Shown here: in pieces, positions 10,530 through 20,303 of the stretch | How the letters are laid out: each line of letters begins with the position of its first letter | How positions within the stretch are numbered: the first letter of the stretch is position 1 | Source: an uncultured bacterium | GTDB lineage: Bacteria; Acidobacteriota; HRBIN11; JAKEFK01 | Assembly (NCBI GenBank): GCA_963777505.1 | Contig: CAVZQN010000011.1 | Coordinates: 64,001 to 128,000 of the forward strand | Reading direction: 5' to 3' | DNA length: 64,000 nucleotides | Translations under genes and position numbers: made by a program | The notes under the pieces: generated by a model | The model's input: only the letters and a program-made list of their open reading frames with translations | Databases searched by the model: none | What the model was told of the DNA's origin: nothing

Positions 10530-11483
10530 CTAATCAAATAATCCGCGTAAAACAGGGAAATAGATGATACCCACACATGTCAAAATCCAAAAAATAATTG
10601 AAATCAGCAATGGCTTGTCCGACACAAGATGCCGACTGGGTATCCCTCCACCTTGTTCCCTGTGAATCAAATAGAGATAGCGAAAAATTCCAAAAATCAC
10701 AAATGGAACCGTGAAATAGAGTTTATCTGTATGGAATTTTGCTATCGTTTCCGATGATACTGTGTACTGAGTATAAGACAGCACACAGGAGGCTGTAACA
10801 ACGCCTATCATTTGATCTAGAAGGTACGGGCTGTATTGCGCCAGATTTGAACGATGTTTTGCAGCATCCGCTGATAGAAACACCAGTTCATGGCGCCGTT
10901 TACTAAGCGCTAAAAATAGCGCTAACAAAAATGTACAGAGCAGCAGCCAGAAAGAAGCATCCGCCCCTATTGCTTTACTTCCTGCAATTGCTCTCAAAAC
11001 AAATCCGATTGAAATCGCAAACACATCCAGGATTGCGATTTTCTTAAAGTAAAACGTATAACCAACTGTTACCGCTGTGTAGAGTAAAGCCATCTGCAAG
11101 AATCCATTTCCAATCAGGTAAGCCAATACCAGAGCTGTAATGTAAAGAACGACTCCAGCTGTCGTGGCAACACTCCGGCTTAATCTTCCACTCGCGACTG
11201 GCCTGGTCCGTTTTTCAGGATGAAAACGGTCCTGTTCATAATCAATGACATCATTGATGAGATAAACGGCGCCAGATAACAAACAGAAATCTAAGAAAGC
11301 TGCAACTGAAAACAAAACCGACTTTGTATCCCAAAGACGATTCGCAAAAACAAGCGCAGCAAAAACGACAAGATTCTTAGTCCATTGTTCTGGCCGGAGG
11401 GATAATAGAAAATCTTTCAAAGACGCTGAATTCTTTGTTTCAATGAGCTGCTCAGGTACTGCTGTAGCTGCGGTTTCCTTCAT
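10530..11483 (-). CDS. UbiA-family prenyltransferase, decaprenyl-phosphate phosphoribosyltransferase-like
   Basis: LRPEQWTKN, YLINDVID...DRFHPEKRTRPVASG, LALSKRRHE, multiple TM helices. Confidence 0.9.
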   Translation of the reverse strand: MKETAATAVPEQLIETKNSASLKDFLLSLRPEQWTKNLVVFAALVFANRLWDTKSVLFSVAAFLDFCLLSGAVYLINDVIDYEQDRFHPEKRTRPVASGRLSRSVATTAGVVLYITALVLAYLIGNGFLQMALLYTAVTVGYTFYFKKIAILDVFAISIGFVLRAIAGSKAIGADASFWLLLCTFLLALFLALSKRRHELVFLSADAAKHRSNLAQYSPYLLDQMIGVVTASCVLSYTQYTVSSETIAKFHTDKLYFTVPFVIFGIFRYLYLIHREQGGGIPSRHLVSDKPLLISIIFWILTCVGIIYFPVLRGLFD

Positions 11484-11587
11484 TCGAAAAGATCAAATTC
11501 TTGTAGCGGTAACAGCTCATTATATGACAGAAGCCGTTTGGATGTCAAAGGAAACTGCCTAAAATCAATATGTTAGAGGCAAGATAA

Positions 11588-11618
11588 ATGCGGAGTGCGG
11601 AATTCGGAATGCGGAATG
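11588..11618. repeat. Short degenerate heptamer tandem repeat (ATGCGGA-type, about 4 units)
   Basis: atgcgga gtgcgga attcgga atgcgga atg. Confidence 0.7.
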
Positions 11619-11634
11619 AGACCAGATCCCCGTC

Positions 11635-11907
11635 TTATTTGTTGGTTGCTGCCCGATGATCATCCATTATTTTCTGAACAATTTCCTTAGACTGGAGCAG
11701 CCCTTCCATAATCATCTGCATATCCAGGCTGGGTTCTTCAGGTTTTTGTTTGTTTCTGCAATAAATTCCGTGTTTTCCTGCAACAATTAAGGAATCGGTA
11801 AGCAAATCGAGCAAAACCGCAAGTTTGCCCTGTGTAGGACCCATCATCATTTCATGTTCTTCTATTTTTTCGCTATGGACTTCAAAAACCGAGCGTTTCT
11901 TGTTCAT
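11635..11907 (-). CDS. Hypothetical protein
   Basis: 90-aa helical ORF filling the intergenic space. Confidence 0.6.
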   Translation of the reverse strand: MNKKRSVFEVHSEKIEEHEMMMGPTQGKLAVLLDLLTDSLIVAGKHGIYCRNKQKPEEPSLDMQMIMEGLLQSKEIVQKIMDDHRAATNK

Positions 11908-11940
11908 GGGATCTAAATTACATCAGGATAGAGTTCTATG

Positions 11941-12016
11941 GTAGTGGCAGGTCTAAGACCCGCCCGAATGTGTTAAAAATTGATTTTGACGGGCGGGTCT
12001 GTAGACCCGCCCCTAC
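11941..12016. repeat. GTAG-type REP doublet (inverted pair)
   Basis: gtagtggcaggtctaagacccgccc ... gggcgggtctgtagacccgcccctac. Confidence 0.8.
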
Positions 12017-12171
12017 GCGATTTGCTCGCAAGTGGTTGACACTACTATATTTCAGTGATATATTTTCAACGCGTTTTGGTATGTGTCTATAAATGGTTGT
12101 GCTATAAAGACATAGTTTGAGTCTATCGAATAGCATAGATTTGAGGTTTACAAAAAAAAAATAGTTAGGAG

Positions 12172-13659
12172 ATGAGGATGAACAAAGGAAAGCCCAGCGT
12201 TCTTCTAATCAATCCCACCTTCAACGTGCACGAGCACTATGGAAAGCTTAGCGATGCGGCATCTCTCTTGTTGCCCGTTTCTCTTCTATATCTCGGAGGC
12301 ATGTTAGAAGCCGAGGGGATTGAAGTTCGGATTATGGATGGTCAATGTGATGACCTTTCCGAAGCAGAACTTTGTAAGAATATTAAAGAGATGAACCCCT
12401 TATTTGTCGGCATTACAATGCTGACTCCTACGGCGTTTGATTCTTATAAATTAGCAGCACTCGTTAAAAAGAATTTTCCCAAAGTGTATGTACTGGCCGG
12501 CGGAACTCATCCGACGGTTCTTCCTGATGAAGTCATGGAAGATCGCAACATTGATTTGATTGCGATCAGCGAAGCAGAACACACGATGATTGACGTTTAT
12601 AACGTTCTTTCAGAGGGTTGGGATGCTTCGGCACTGAAAAACATTCCGGGAATTGTTTTCCGTGATGGCGATGAAGTTGTAAAAACAGCGGATCGTCCGT
12701 TATTTTCAGATCTGGATAAATTGCCTATGCCGATGTGGCATGGTGTAAAGATGGATCTGTATCACCAGGTTCCTGATAGCCAGTTTGCGCGTCCGATGCG
12801 CGTCATGATGTCTTCACGTGGATGCCCCTTTAAATGCATCTTCTGTTCAGCGCGTCAGGTGTCGGGATTTAAATATCGTGCACATTCGGCTGAGCGTGTT
12901 GTGGATGAAATGGAAATACTTCACAACAAGTATCAAGCGCGGCAGATCATCTTCCTGGATGATAATTTCATCATCAGTAAAAAGCGTGTTTTCGAAATCT
13001 GCGAAAGAATCCAGCAGAAAGGTTTACACAAGAAACTGTTGTGGACCGCTGCAGGCCGTGCCGATGAAGTAACTGAGCCTTTATTAAAGGCGATGAAAGA
13101 TGCGAATTGCAAAATGATTTCATTCGGTATCGAAAGTGGTTCACCACGCTTACTTGAACTGATGAAAAAAGGTGAAAAGAAAGAGCACATCGTAAAAGCT
13201 GTTGCAATGGCTCGCAAAGCTAAATTGAAAACTCGTGGAACTCTCATCCTTGGTTTCCCAACGGAAACGCGCGATGAGTCCCTCGAAACGATTCAATTTG
13301 CAAAAGACCTGGGATTGGATTTTGCGAAATTCTCGCTTGCAACTCCATATCCAGGAACAGCTCTTTATAATATTGCGCTGGAGCGCGGATTAATCAGTGG
13401 TAGAGATTGGTCCCGTTTCAATTCTCAAGCCGGATACTCGACTTATGATCCGGTCTTCATTCCTGAAGGCCGTACCGGCAAAGAGATGAAAGAACTTCAG
13501 CGTTATGCAACGAAGTCGTTTTATCTCCGCCCCAGACAGATTGCCGAACTGGTGACTCATATCACTGGATGGGCAGACATTAAACTGTATCTGGAAGTCG
13601 TGAGGGAGATTATTACGGCTAGACGGACTCAAACAGGAGAGGCTTTCCTCAACCATTAA
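12172..13659 (+). CDS. Cobalamin-binding radical SAM protein (class B methyltransferase-like)
   Basis: N-terminal B12-binding domain (GGTHPT), SRGCPFKCIFC (CxxxCxxC), FGIESGS, TPYPGT. Confidence 0.92.
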   Translation: MRMNKGKPSVLLINPTFNVHEHYGKLSDAASLLLPVSLLYLGGMLEAEGIEVRIMDGQCDDLSEAELCKNIKEMNPLFVGITMLTPTAFDSYKLAALVKKNFPKVYVLAGGTHPTVLPDEVMEDRNIDLIAISEAEHTMIDVYNVLSEGWDASALKNIPGIVFRDGDEVVKTADRPLFSDLDKLPMPMWHGVKMDLYHQVPDSQFARPMRVMMSSRGCPFKCIFCSARQVSGFKYRAHSAERVVDEMEILHNKYQARQIIFLDDNFIISKKRVFEICERIQQKGLHKKLLWTAAGRADEVTEPLLKAMKDANCKMISFGIESGSPRLLELMKKGEKKEHIVKAVAMARKAKLKTRGTLILGFPTETRDESLETIQFAKDLGLDFAKFSLATPYPGTALYNIALERGLISGRDWSRFNSQAGYSTYDPVFIPEGRTGKEMKELQRYATKSFYLRPRQIAELVTHITGWADIKLYLEVVREIITARRTQTGEAFLNH

Positions 13660-13677
13660 AAAACGCGATATATTCCA

Positions 13678-13708
13678 AAGCCCGGTCTTTGTGCCGGGCT
13701 TTTTTTTT
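13678..13708 (+). terminator. Rho-independent terminator
   Basis: agcccgg-tctttgtg-ccgggct followed by a T run. Confidence 0.8.
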
Positions 13709-13793
13709 GATCCGTAAACTCTGTGGTAAGATGATTGTCTCGCCAGGAGAGTTTCGGAAGTTTTACGTTATACTCCTTGGACCAATAACAACA

Positions 13794-16112
13794 GTGACCA
13801 CAGAAAACCCTAATACTATTGATGTAGAAAAAGCGCTCGCGGGCAAATATAAGATTATTTCCCGAATTGGCAGCGGTGGTTTTGCCGATGTCTTCCTTGG
13901 GGAACAATTATTGTTGTCCCGAAAAGTCGCGATCAAAATCCTTCATGCCCATTATGCACGTCAACCTGATCTACTAAAGCGATTTCAGAGAGAAGCCAAA
14001 TCGGCCGCATCACTTTCACATCCGAATATCATCGACGTCTATGACGTAGGCGAGGCGGAAGGCGTTCATTACATCGTAATGAAATACATTGAAGGTGAAA
14101 CTTTACATTCAAGGATTCATCGCGAGGTACGGATATCCTCGGCTGCCGCAGTTCATATTATCCGTCAGCTGGCTGAAGCTCTGGATTATGCGCATGCAAA
14201 CAATGTAATCCATCGTGATATCAAACCGGCGAATGTGATGATGGATAACTATAGCAGGCCGATGCTAATGGATTTTGGAGTCGCGCGCGTTCAATTCGAA
14301 GGCAATCTTACAAAAACAGGTACAGTCCTTGGAACTCCACATTATTTACCGCCAGAACAACCTCTCGGTAAACCAACGGATGCGCGCAGCGATATCTATA
14401 GTCTTGGAATCATGTTTTATGAAATGCTTGCAGGCCATCTTCCATTTACCGATGAAAATGCAGTAGCTGTGCTGTTCAAACACATTAATGAACCCGCTCA
14501 ACAATTAAGCATAGTATTGCCTGACATTCATCCGGAGTTGGAAAACCTTGTTCATAAAATGATCGCAAAGGAGCCGGCGAAAAGGCCTCAGTCCGCTGCC
14601 GAAGTTGCCGACACGTTGCAGCTGCTCAGCGTGGTGTATCCTGCGCCTACCCCTGTCGCTGCGCGAAAGAGCCTACCTGGTATAAGTGAAAATACCGAAC
14701 AGCTTTTCTTGCTAGCACGTGAACACGTTGACCAAAATAAATTAGATAAAGCCTTAGAACTTTATACGGTAATCACACAGAGACAACCGCAAAATACAAC
14801 TGCGAAGTCCGAGATTAGCAAAATTCTTAGAGTAGTGTTTACGCGGATTCAGGAACATTCTTCAAAGCAAGAATTTAATGAAGCTCAGAATCTCTTGCGT
14901 TCGCTTAAACCCATGGTCCATAACAACGACCGTTTCGAAAATTTACGGGCAATGGTTGATCTTGAAGAAAGATTGTGGGCAGAAAAGCAAGGAACCATGC
15001 AAAGTATGGATTCTGATGTAATCAATCAGATGATTAATGACGAAGCGGATAAAAGGCAACAAGAAGCTCCGGCATCGATTCCGCCAACATCCATTAATCA
15101 ACCGATGCAGCCACCGCCTTCCGTTGTAACCACAACGAAGCCAAAATCGTCAATGTTTCGTCTGGGTGCTTTAGTCGTGGCAGGATTAGTATTGCTCGGT
15201 GCCACTTTATTTTTGGTACGGATGAAGTCAGGTTCCAACGAAAACGACGGCAATGAGCAGATCGATCATTTACGTCGCCTTAATGAAAAGAAGATGAGTG
15301 AACAACCTACTCCCTCCGCAGTGCCTGTGCTGGGCCAAATTAACGTGACTTCCGAGCCAGCTGGTGCGACTGTATTCGTTGGTGATGAGAAAAAAGGTGT
15401 AACTCCCGTTCAACTTACTCAATTAGCGATCGGTCCATATTCAGTTCAATTAAAGCTTGAAGGGTATGAAGACTTTAAGCAGGATGTTCAGTTAACCGCA
15501 GAACAAACAAGCATCGATCTGCCTGTAGTCTTAAAAGCCGCCAAGCCGGTTGAGGCGCGTGGCACTCTTAACCTTGTTTCAGTGCCTGACGGTGCTGAAG
15601 TATCGCTGAATGGCAAAGTTCTGGGCAAAACTCCATTCCGCTGGCGAAATGCTCCAGTTGGACAACATGCACTCTTATTCAAAAAAGAAGGTTATCTGGA
15701 TCGTACGCTAACGGTACCTGTGTTGGAAGGGAAGACAGCATCTTTTGAAACTCAATTAATGGAGATTCCAAAAGAAGTTGTGCCAGAAGTTCCAGTTGCC
15801 CCTGTGATTACGCCAGGGACTCTTGTTGAATTAGGATCGCCTGGAGTCGTTCCGCCAAAAATTTTGAAGAGAAATATTGCTGAATTCTCGGCCGCGATGA
15901 AGAAATTAAAACGTGAAGGAAGCGTTCGATTAAATCTTTTGATTTCTGAAACAGGACAAGTCATTGCAGTAAAAGTTCTTGAATCATCACACCCTGTACT
16001 TGACACGGCTGCAACGAAACTTGTGAAAGATTGGACTTATACTCCCGCAACTAAAGATGGTGTCCCTGTACGCGTTTGGTACCCTGCCTCTATTAATTTC
16101 AAGAAAGATTAA
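13794..16112 (+). CDS. Membrane Ser/Thr kinase: Hanks kinase - TPR-like - TM - 2xPEGA - TonB C-terminal domain
   Basis: GSGGFA, VAIK, HRDIKPAN, DFG, GTPHYLPPE. TM at LGALVVAGLVLLGATLFLV. PEGA repeats SEPAGATVFV and SVPDGAEVSL. TonB_C EGSVRLNLLISETGQV...WTYTPATKDGVPV. Start (GTG 13794) is approximate. Confidence 0.9.
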   Translation: MTTENPNTIDVEKALAGKYKIISRIGSGGFADVFLGEQLLLSRKVAIKILHAHYARQPDLLKRFQREAKSAASLSHPNIIDVYDVGEAEGVHYIVMKYIEGETLHSRIHREVRISSAAAVHIIRQLAEALDYAHANNVIHRDIKPANVMMDNYSRPMLMDFGVARVQFEGNLTKTGTVLGTPHYLPPEQPLGKPTDARSDIYSLGIMFYEMLAGHLPFTDENAVAVLFKHINEPAQQLSIVLPDIHPELENLVHKMIAKEPAKRPQSAAEVADTLQLLSVVYPAPTPVAARKSLPGISENTEQLFLLAREHVDQNKLDKALELYTVITQRQPQNTTAKSEISKILRVVFTRIQEHSSKQEFNEAQNLLRSLKPMVHNNDRFENLRAMVDLEERLWAEKQGTMQSMDSDVINQMINDEADKRQQEAPASIPPTSINQPMQPPPSVVTTTKPKSSMFRLGALVVAGLVLLGATLFLVRMKSGSNENDGNEQIDHLRRLNEKKMSEQPTPSAVPVLGQINVTSEPAGATVFVGDEKKGVTPVQLTQLAIGPYSVQLKLEGYEDFKQDVQLTAEQTSIDLPVVLKAAKPVEARGTLNLVSVPDGAEVSLNGKVLGKTPFRWRNAPVGQHALLFKKEGYLDRTLTVPVLEGKTASFETQLMEIPKEVVPEVPVAPVITPGTLVELGSPGVVPPKILKRNIAEFSAAMKKLKREGSVRLNLLISETGQVIAVKVLESSHPVLDTAATKLVKDWTYTPATKDGVPVRVWYPASINFKKD

Positions 16113-16185
16113 CCGCAGAGTACGCCGAGGTCGCAGAGATTTGTTAAGGGCCGAATCCGATCGAACTCGACCCTTATTATTCAAT

Positions 16186-16563
16186 CTATTTCATTGAGTG
16201 AAGTCCGATTCTGTTTCCTTCTGAATCTTTAAAGATCCCGATGAAACCATGCTCACCTATGCCGTTTTTCCCTTCAATGGTTTTACCGCCACTTTTTTCA
16301 ACATTCTTCAGTACGGCTTCAATATCGTCTACTGAAAAATAGACTAATGTTCCATTCTCTGACGGTGCATACCCTTCTGCTTTCAGGAGTGAACCGCCTG
16401 CACCAGCGCCTTCTTTGTCCATCGGGAACATGGCCATTTTTGTGGGGCCCATTTCATTGAGCGTAAGCTCAACTCCGAAGGTTGACTCATAGAATTTTGT
16501 TGCTCTGCTGAGATCATTTACTGGAATTTCGAACCAGTTAATTGGGTTTGGTTTCAGTGCCAT
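16186..16563 (-). CDS. VOC/glyoxalase family protein
   Basis: NWFEIPVNDLSRATKFY, VYFSVDDIE, FKDSEGNRIGL. Confidence 0.9.
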   Translation of the reverse strand: MALKPNPINWFEIPVNDLSRATKFYESTFGVELTLNEMGPTKMAMFPMDKEGAGAGGSLLKAEGYAPSENGTLVYFSVDDIEAVLKNVEKSGGKTIEGKNGIGEHGFIGIFKDSEGNRIGLHSMK

Positions 16564-16618
16564 ATTAATTCTCCTTATGTTGAGGGGTTATTCTGAGTTA
16601 AGTTCATATTTAGATATA

Positions 16619-16646
16619 GAACGAATAGGAACTAAGGAATTCGACA
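16619..16646 (-). promoter_or_regulatory. Candidate ECF sigma promoter (TGTCGA-N17-CGTTC) upstream of the VOC gene
   Basis: Minus strand TGTCGAattccttagttcctattCGTTC resembles ECF41/ECF42-type promoter motifs (recalled, not scanned). Confidence 0.4.
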
Positions 16647-16738
16647 TCCTTATTAATATAAATATAAGACTTCCTGTTCGCCTTTTGGGACTCATGGGAT
16701 TTGTCAGGGGATGAGCAGTCAATGTTATGATCAAGTTA

Positions 16739-17179
16739 ATGAATGAATCGTGGAAGTTCTGCATCGAAGAGCGGGTTCGATGGGGAGATGTGGATGCTGC
16801 ACGTATTATTTTCTATGGTGCATACATTCGTTTTTTTGAGTTTGCAGAAACTGAATTATTTCGTTCAGTCGGTTTTCCCTACAGCGTAATCTTCGATCAA
16901 CTGGATGTCTGGCTGCCGCGGGCTCACATTGAATGCGACTTTCTAAAAGCTGCACAATTGGATGATCTCTTGCGGGTCTGCGTGTTTGTGGGGCATGTTG
17001 GTACTAAATCCCTTCGCTTGAATTTTGAAGTTCGAAGAAAAGGTGAAGTTGATCTTATTGCGAAGGCTCACTTTATTTTAGTTTCTGTGCGAAGGGACAC
17101 ATTTGAAACAGTTTCCGTTCCCGAAATGCTGATTGAGAAGCTTGAGCCTTATACAGACCCCTCTTTTAAACGTAAGTAA
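16739..17179 (+). CDS. Acyl-CoA thioesterase (4HBT/YbgC hot-dog fold)
   Basis: RVRWGDVDAARIIFYGAYIRFFE. Start at MNES lies 7 nt after an extended -10 (TGtTATGAT). Confidence 0.88.
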   Translation: MNESWKFCIEERVRWGDVDAARIIFYGAYIRFFEFAETELFRSVGFPYSVIFDQLDVWLPRAHIECDFLKAAQLDDLLRVCVFVGHVGTKSLRLNFEVRRKGEVDLIAKAHFILVSVRRDTFETVSVPEMLIEKLEPYTDPSFKRK

Positions 17180-17207
17180 CTACTCTTTTGGTCTGTGGTA
17201 GGGTTTA

Positions 17208-17293
17208 TGCCGAGGGCCGGACTCGAACCGGCACAGGCCTTGCGGCCCGCGGGATTTTAAGTCCCGTGTGTCTACCAATTCCACCACCCCGGC
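17208..17293 (-). tRNA. tRNA-Leu (anticodon TAA)
   Basis: GCCGGGGTGGTGGAATTGGTAGAC...GGGACTTAAAATCCC, long variable arm, GGTTCGAGTCC...CTCGGCA. CCA not encoded. Confidence 0.95.
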
Positions 17294-17411
17294 TATTCAA
17301 TTTTTCAAAGTATGGCGGATACAGAAGGTATTTATAATAGCCTTATTTATGTGTAGGAGTCGAGACCTCGCGTGATTGTATGAAAAATACATTTTTGGTA
17401 AAAAGTTTCTG

Positions 17412-18419
17412 ATGCGAGTCCTGGAAATTCGTGAACCATTCGGGATTGATTCCGTCGTCTTTACTACACGTCCGGATCCTGTTGCCGGGCCGCACGATGT
17501 GATCGTGCAAATCAAGGCGCTTTCGCTGAATTATCGCGACAATTTAGTTATCGATGGCATGAATCGTTGGCGACCCACCGGACCACGCATTCCTGTTTCT
17601 GATGGCGTCGGAGTGGTTGTTGATATTGGCTCCGCTGTAACACGCTTCAAGAACGGAGATCGAGTTGCTCCTATTTTTTATCCAAAGTGGATCGATGGTC
17701 AACCAACTCCTGAGAAAATGCAGGGTGCGCTTGGCGGCGCAGCAGCCGACGGCCTTTGCGCCGAATACGCAGTCATTGATGAATCTGCATTAGTGTTAGT
17801 GCCTTCGCATCTGAGCGATGAAGAAGCATCGACACTTCCATGCGCAGCGGTGACCGCATGGAACGGAATCGCAGAAGGCATTCCAGCAAAGGAAGGGGAC
17901 ACAATCGTTGTTCTTGGCACAGGCGGCGTTGCGTTATTCGCTTTGCAGTTCGCGAAACTCTTCGGTGCACGCGTGATCATTACTTCAAGCAGTGATTTGA
18001 AACTCGAACGCGCACGCAAGCTAGGCGCAGACGCCTGCATCAATTACCGCACAACGCCAAACTGGCCACGCGCGTTGCGCGACCAAACAGATGGCCGCGG
18101 CGCAGACATTGTTATCGACACTGCAGGAGTGCTGAATGAAGCAATCGATGCCGTTTGTGTTGGCGGAACGATTGCGTTCATCGGACTCCTTCTTGGGACG
18201 CATTCGGATATCGATCTGGTGAAACTCATGGGAAGCAGCGCTACGATCAGGGCGATCGATGTTGGCTCGCGTGCCATGTTCGAATCAATGAACCGTGCGA
18301 TCGAATTAGCAAAGCTACGACCAGTGATCGATCGAACGTTTTCCTTCGATGAATTCCATGAAGCCTGCCGATACTTCCGCAGCGGCTCTCACTTCGGTAA
18401 AGTGTGCATTCGCGCATGA
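17412..18419 (+). CDS. NAD(P)-dependent MDR-family oxidoreductase (Zn-independent ADH/QOR-like)
   Basis: SLNYRD, PVSDGVG, LPCAAVTAW, GTGGVA, HFGKVCI. Confidence 0.9.
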   Translation: MRVLEIREPFGIDSVVFTTRPDPVAGPHDVIVQIKALSLNYRDNLVIDGMNRWRPTGPRIPVSDGVGVVVDIGSAVTRFKNGDRVAPIFYPKWIDGQPTPEKMQGALGGAAADGLCAEYAVIDESALVLVPSHLSDEEASTLPCAAVTAWNGIAEGIPAKEGDTIVVLGTGGVALFALQFAKLFGARVIITSSSDLKLERARKLGADACINYRTTPNWPRALRDQTDGRGADIVIDTAGVLNEAIDAVCVGGTIAFIGLLLGTHSDIDLVKLMGSSATIRAIDVGSRAMFESMNRAIELAKLRPVIDRTFSFDEFHEACRYFRSGSHFGKVCIRA

Positions 18420-18455
18420 CTGCGGCTCTCGCAAGATGCGATATAATTCGCGCGA

Positions 18456-19669
18456 ATGAAGTCGCGCCGCTTTCCTTTTGAATACTTCCTCATTGTTTTA
18501 GTTCCTCTCTCTTTGTTTTGCGGCGCAAGGTTCGTAAAGGAAATCACAAAGTATCCATGGGAAACAGTTTCCTGCGAAATCAAAAGAGGTTACATCGAAC
18601 CGAATACAGAAAGTACTGCCACCAAACTTCCACATCGTGCCGAAATCGTTTATAGCTGTGACAATCCATCAGTCGGCATCTTTATGTGGGACGATTTCGC
18701 CACTGAACAAGAGGCTCAGGGTTTTCTCGATCGCTATAAACCTGGAAGCACAGTTACTGGCTACAAGTCGGGTAGTGAAATAAAACTCATTCGCAAGCCG
18801 GTGTGGTTACTGCCTGCGTATTTGATTCCAATTTTCTTAATGTTTTTTGTTGCAGCGAAGTTGAAGAAAAAAGAATTACAAATACAAAGTGAGGTTGCTT
18901 CACAAGCTCTGGTAGCTACTCAGAAGAAGAAGGAACAAATTTCCCGCTTGCCAAAAATGTCAAAACCTTCGATCAAACCTCAGCAACTCCATTGGAGAAC
19001 AGGTCAGGCACTGAAGAGTGGAAGGAAATGTTGGGCACTGATCAAAATAGAAGTGCATTAAAACCACGTCGCGCACAACTGATGCAGTTTGTTGGAATGC
19101 TTGTCATGCTGGTGATTCTATTGGGCCTTACGTTATGGGCATCTTTTTCTGCTTATAAAACATGGAAAGCCGGTCTACAACCTGGTTGCGGTCTAGCTGC
19201 GGCACCTTTTCTGGCTTTTGCTTGTGCCAGGGTTTTAATTAATGTCGTTCGACAATTACTCGGATTGGTGAATCCACGGCCTGATGTGAAGCTAAGTTCT
19301 GCATCAACATGGCCTGGCGGATCCATGGATTTATCCTGGCGTTACGAAGGGAAAATTGGCGGAGCAAAAAAGATTATTTTCATTCTTGTTGGACGCGAAT
19401 ACGGAATTGAACAACAGACAACCAAAGGAAAAACACGATACACCAGCAAGCAAGTAGATTCAGTAATACTTCCGATTTATGAGACTGTTCAAATTTTCGA
19501 AATTCGTGACGGAAGAACAAGAATCAAAATACCGGACAACCTGATGCATTCGTTCTTCTTCGGTTATTCAAAAATAGAATGGCTGCTCAGAGTAGAAGTG
19601 AAAATTGGTGGTTGGGCCGATGTGCATGAAGAATATCCAATCGTAATTCAACCATCACCGATCTCATAA
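18456..19669 (+). CDS. DUF3592-like membrane protein, probably one gene split by a frameshift near 18955
   Basis: TM - beta domain - TM, then overlapping ORF 18992..19669 with two TMs and a beta-sandwich (IPDNLMHSF...IEWLLRVEVKIGGWAD). Confidence 0.55.
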
Positions 19670-19677
19670 GAAGGAAT

Positions 19678-20079
19678 ATGAAAGACATAGAAGACGAAAT
19701 AGAAGAAACTGATGATGAATATTTATATGTAGACTTTCCGCGAGATTCCTACAAACCCGGGGAAGTGATTGATGGAACGGTTCGTTGGAAGTTTGAAGAA
19801 CCAGCAGGGGATATCGATGTATCTTTGATGTTGGAAGTTTCCAATAAAGTTCAAACGGACCCACTGTACCCAGCAGGACTTCGCTGGTCCAACCTTCCTG
19901 AAGAAGGCGTTATCAGTTTTTCTTTTAAACTGCCTGAAGGTCCGTATACATATGAGGGAAAAGGCTTTCAAGTCCATTGGTATGTGGAAGCCAAATGTCC
20001 GGAATTTGATTGGACCGATGAAGCAGGATTTACTCTTTCGCCAACAGGAAATGCTTTCACGCTAAGCCTTATTGTTTAA
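19678..20079 (+). CDS. Hypothetical acidic beta-sandwich (arrestin/SpoOM-like) protein
   Basis: YKPGEVIDGTVRW, FSFKLPEGPYTYEG...VHWYVEA. Confidence 0.65.
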   Translation: MKDIEDEIEETDDEYLYVDFPRDSYKPGEVIDGTVRWKFEEPAGDIDVSLMLEVSNKVQTDPLYPAGLRWSNLPEEGVISFSFKLPEGPYTYEGKGFQVHWYVEAKCPEFDWTDEAGFTLSPTGNAFTLSLIV

Positions 20080-20081
20080 AT

Positions 20082-20303
20082 ATGACAAACGATGAAGTTC
20101 GCCAATTGTTATTGGCAGGGAAGAAGATTGAAGCCATCAAGCTTTATCGTGAAGCGAGCGGACTCGGCTTGAAGGAATCCAAAGATGCAGTGGAAGCTGT
20201 TGAAAGTGAATTACGGAAGACTGGTTTGCTTCCACAAAAATCTTCGGGTTGTTTAAGTTTGCTCTTACTTTTTTCCGGTCTCCTCTGGTTTATCTTTGGT
20301 TAA
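20082..20303 (+). CDS. Small membrane-anchored protein with a ribosomal L7/L12 C-terminal-like motif
   Basis: GKKIEAIKLYREASGLGLKESKDAVE plus a C-terminal hydrophobic helix. Confidence 0.75.
   Translation: MTNDEVRQLLLAGKKIEAIKLYREASGLGLKESKDAVEAVESELRKTGLLPQKSSGCLSLLLLFSGLLWFIFG

Noticed and set aside
20082-20303. Ribosomal protein gene rplL
   Set aside because: Only a partial CTD-like motif plus a TM helix. No N-terminal dimerisation domain and no rplJ/rpoB context.
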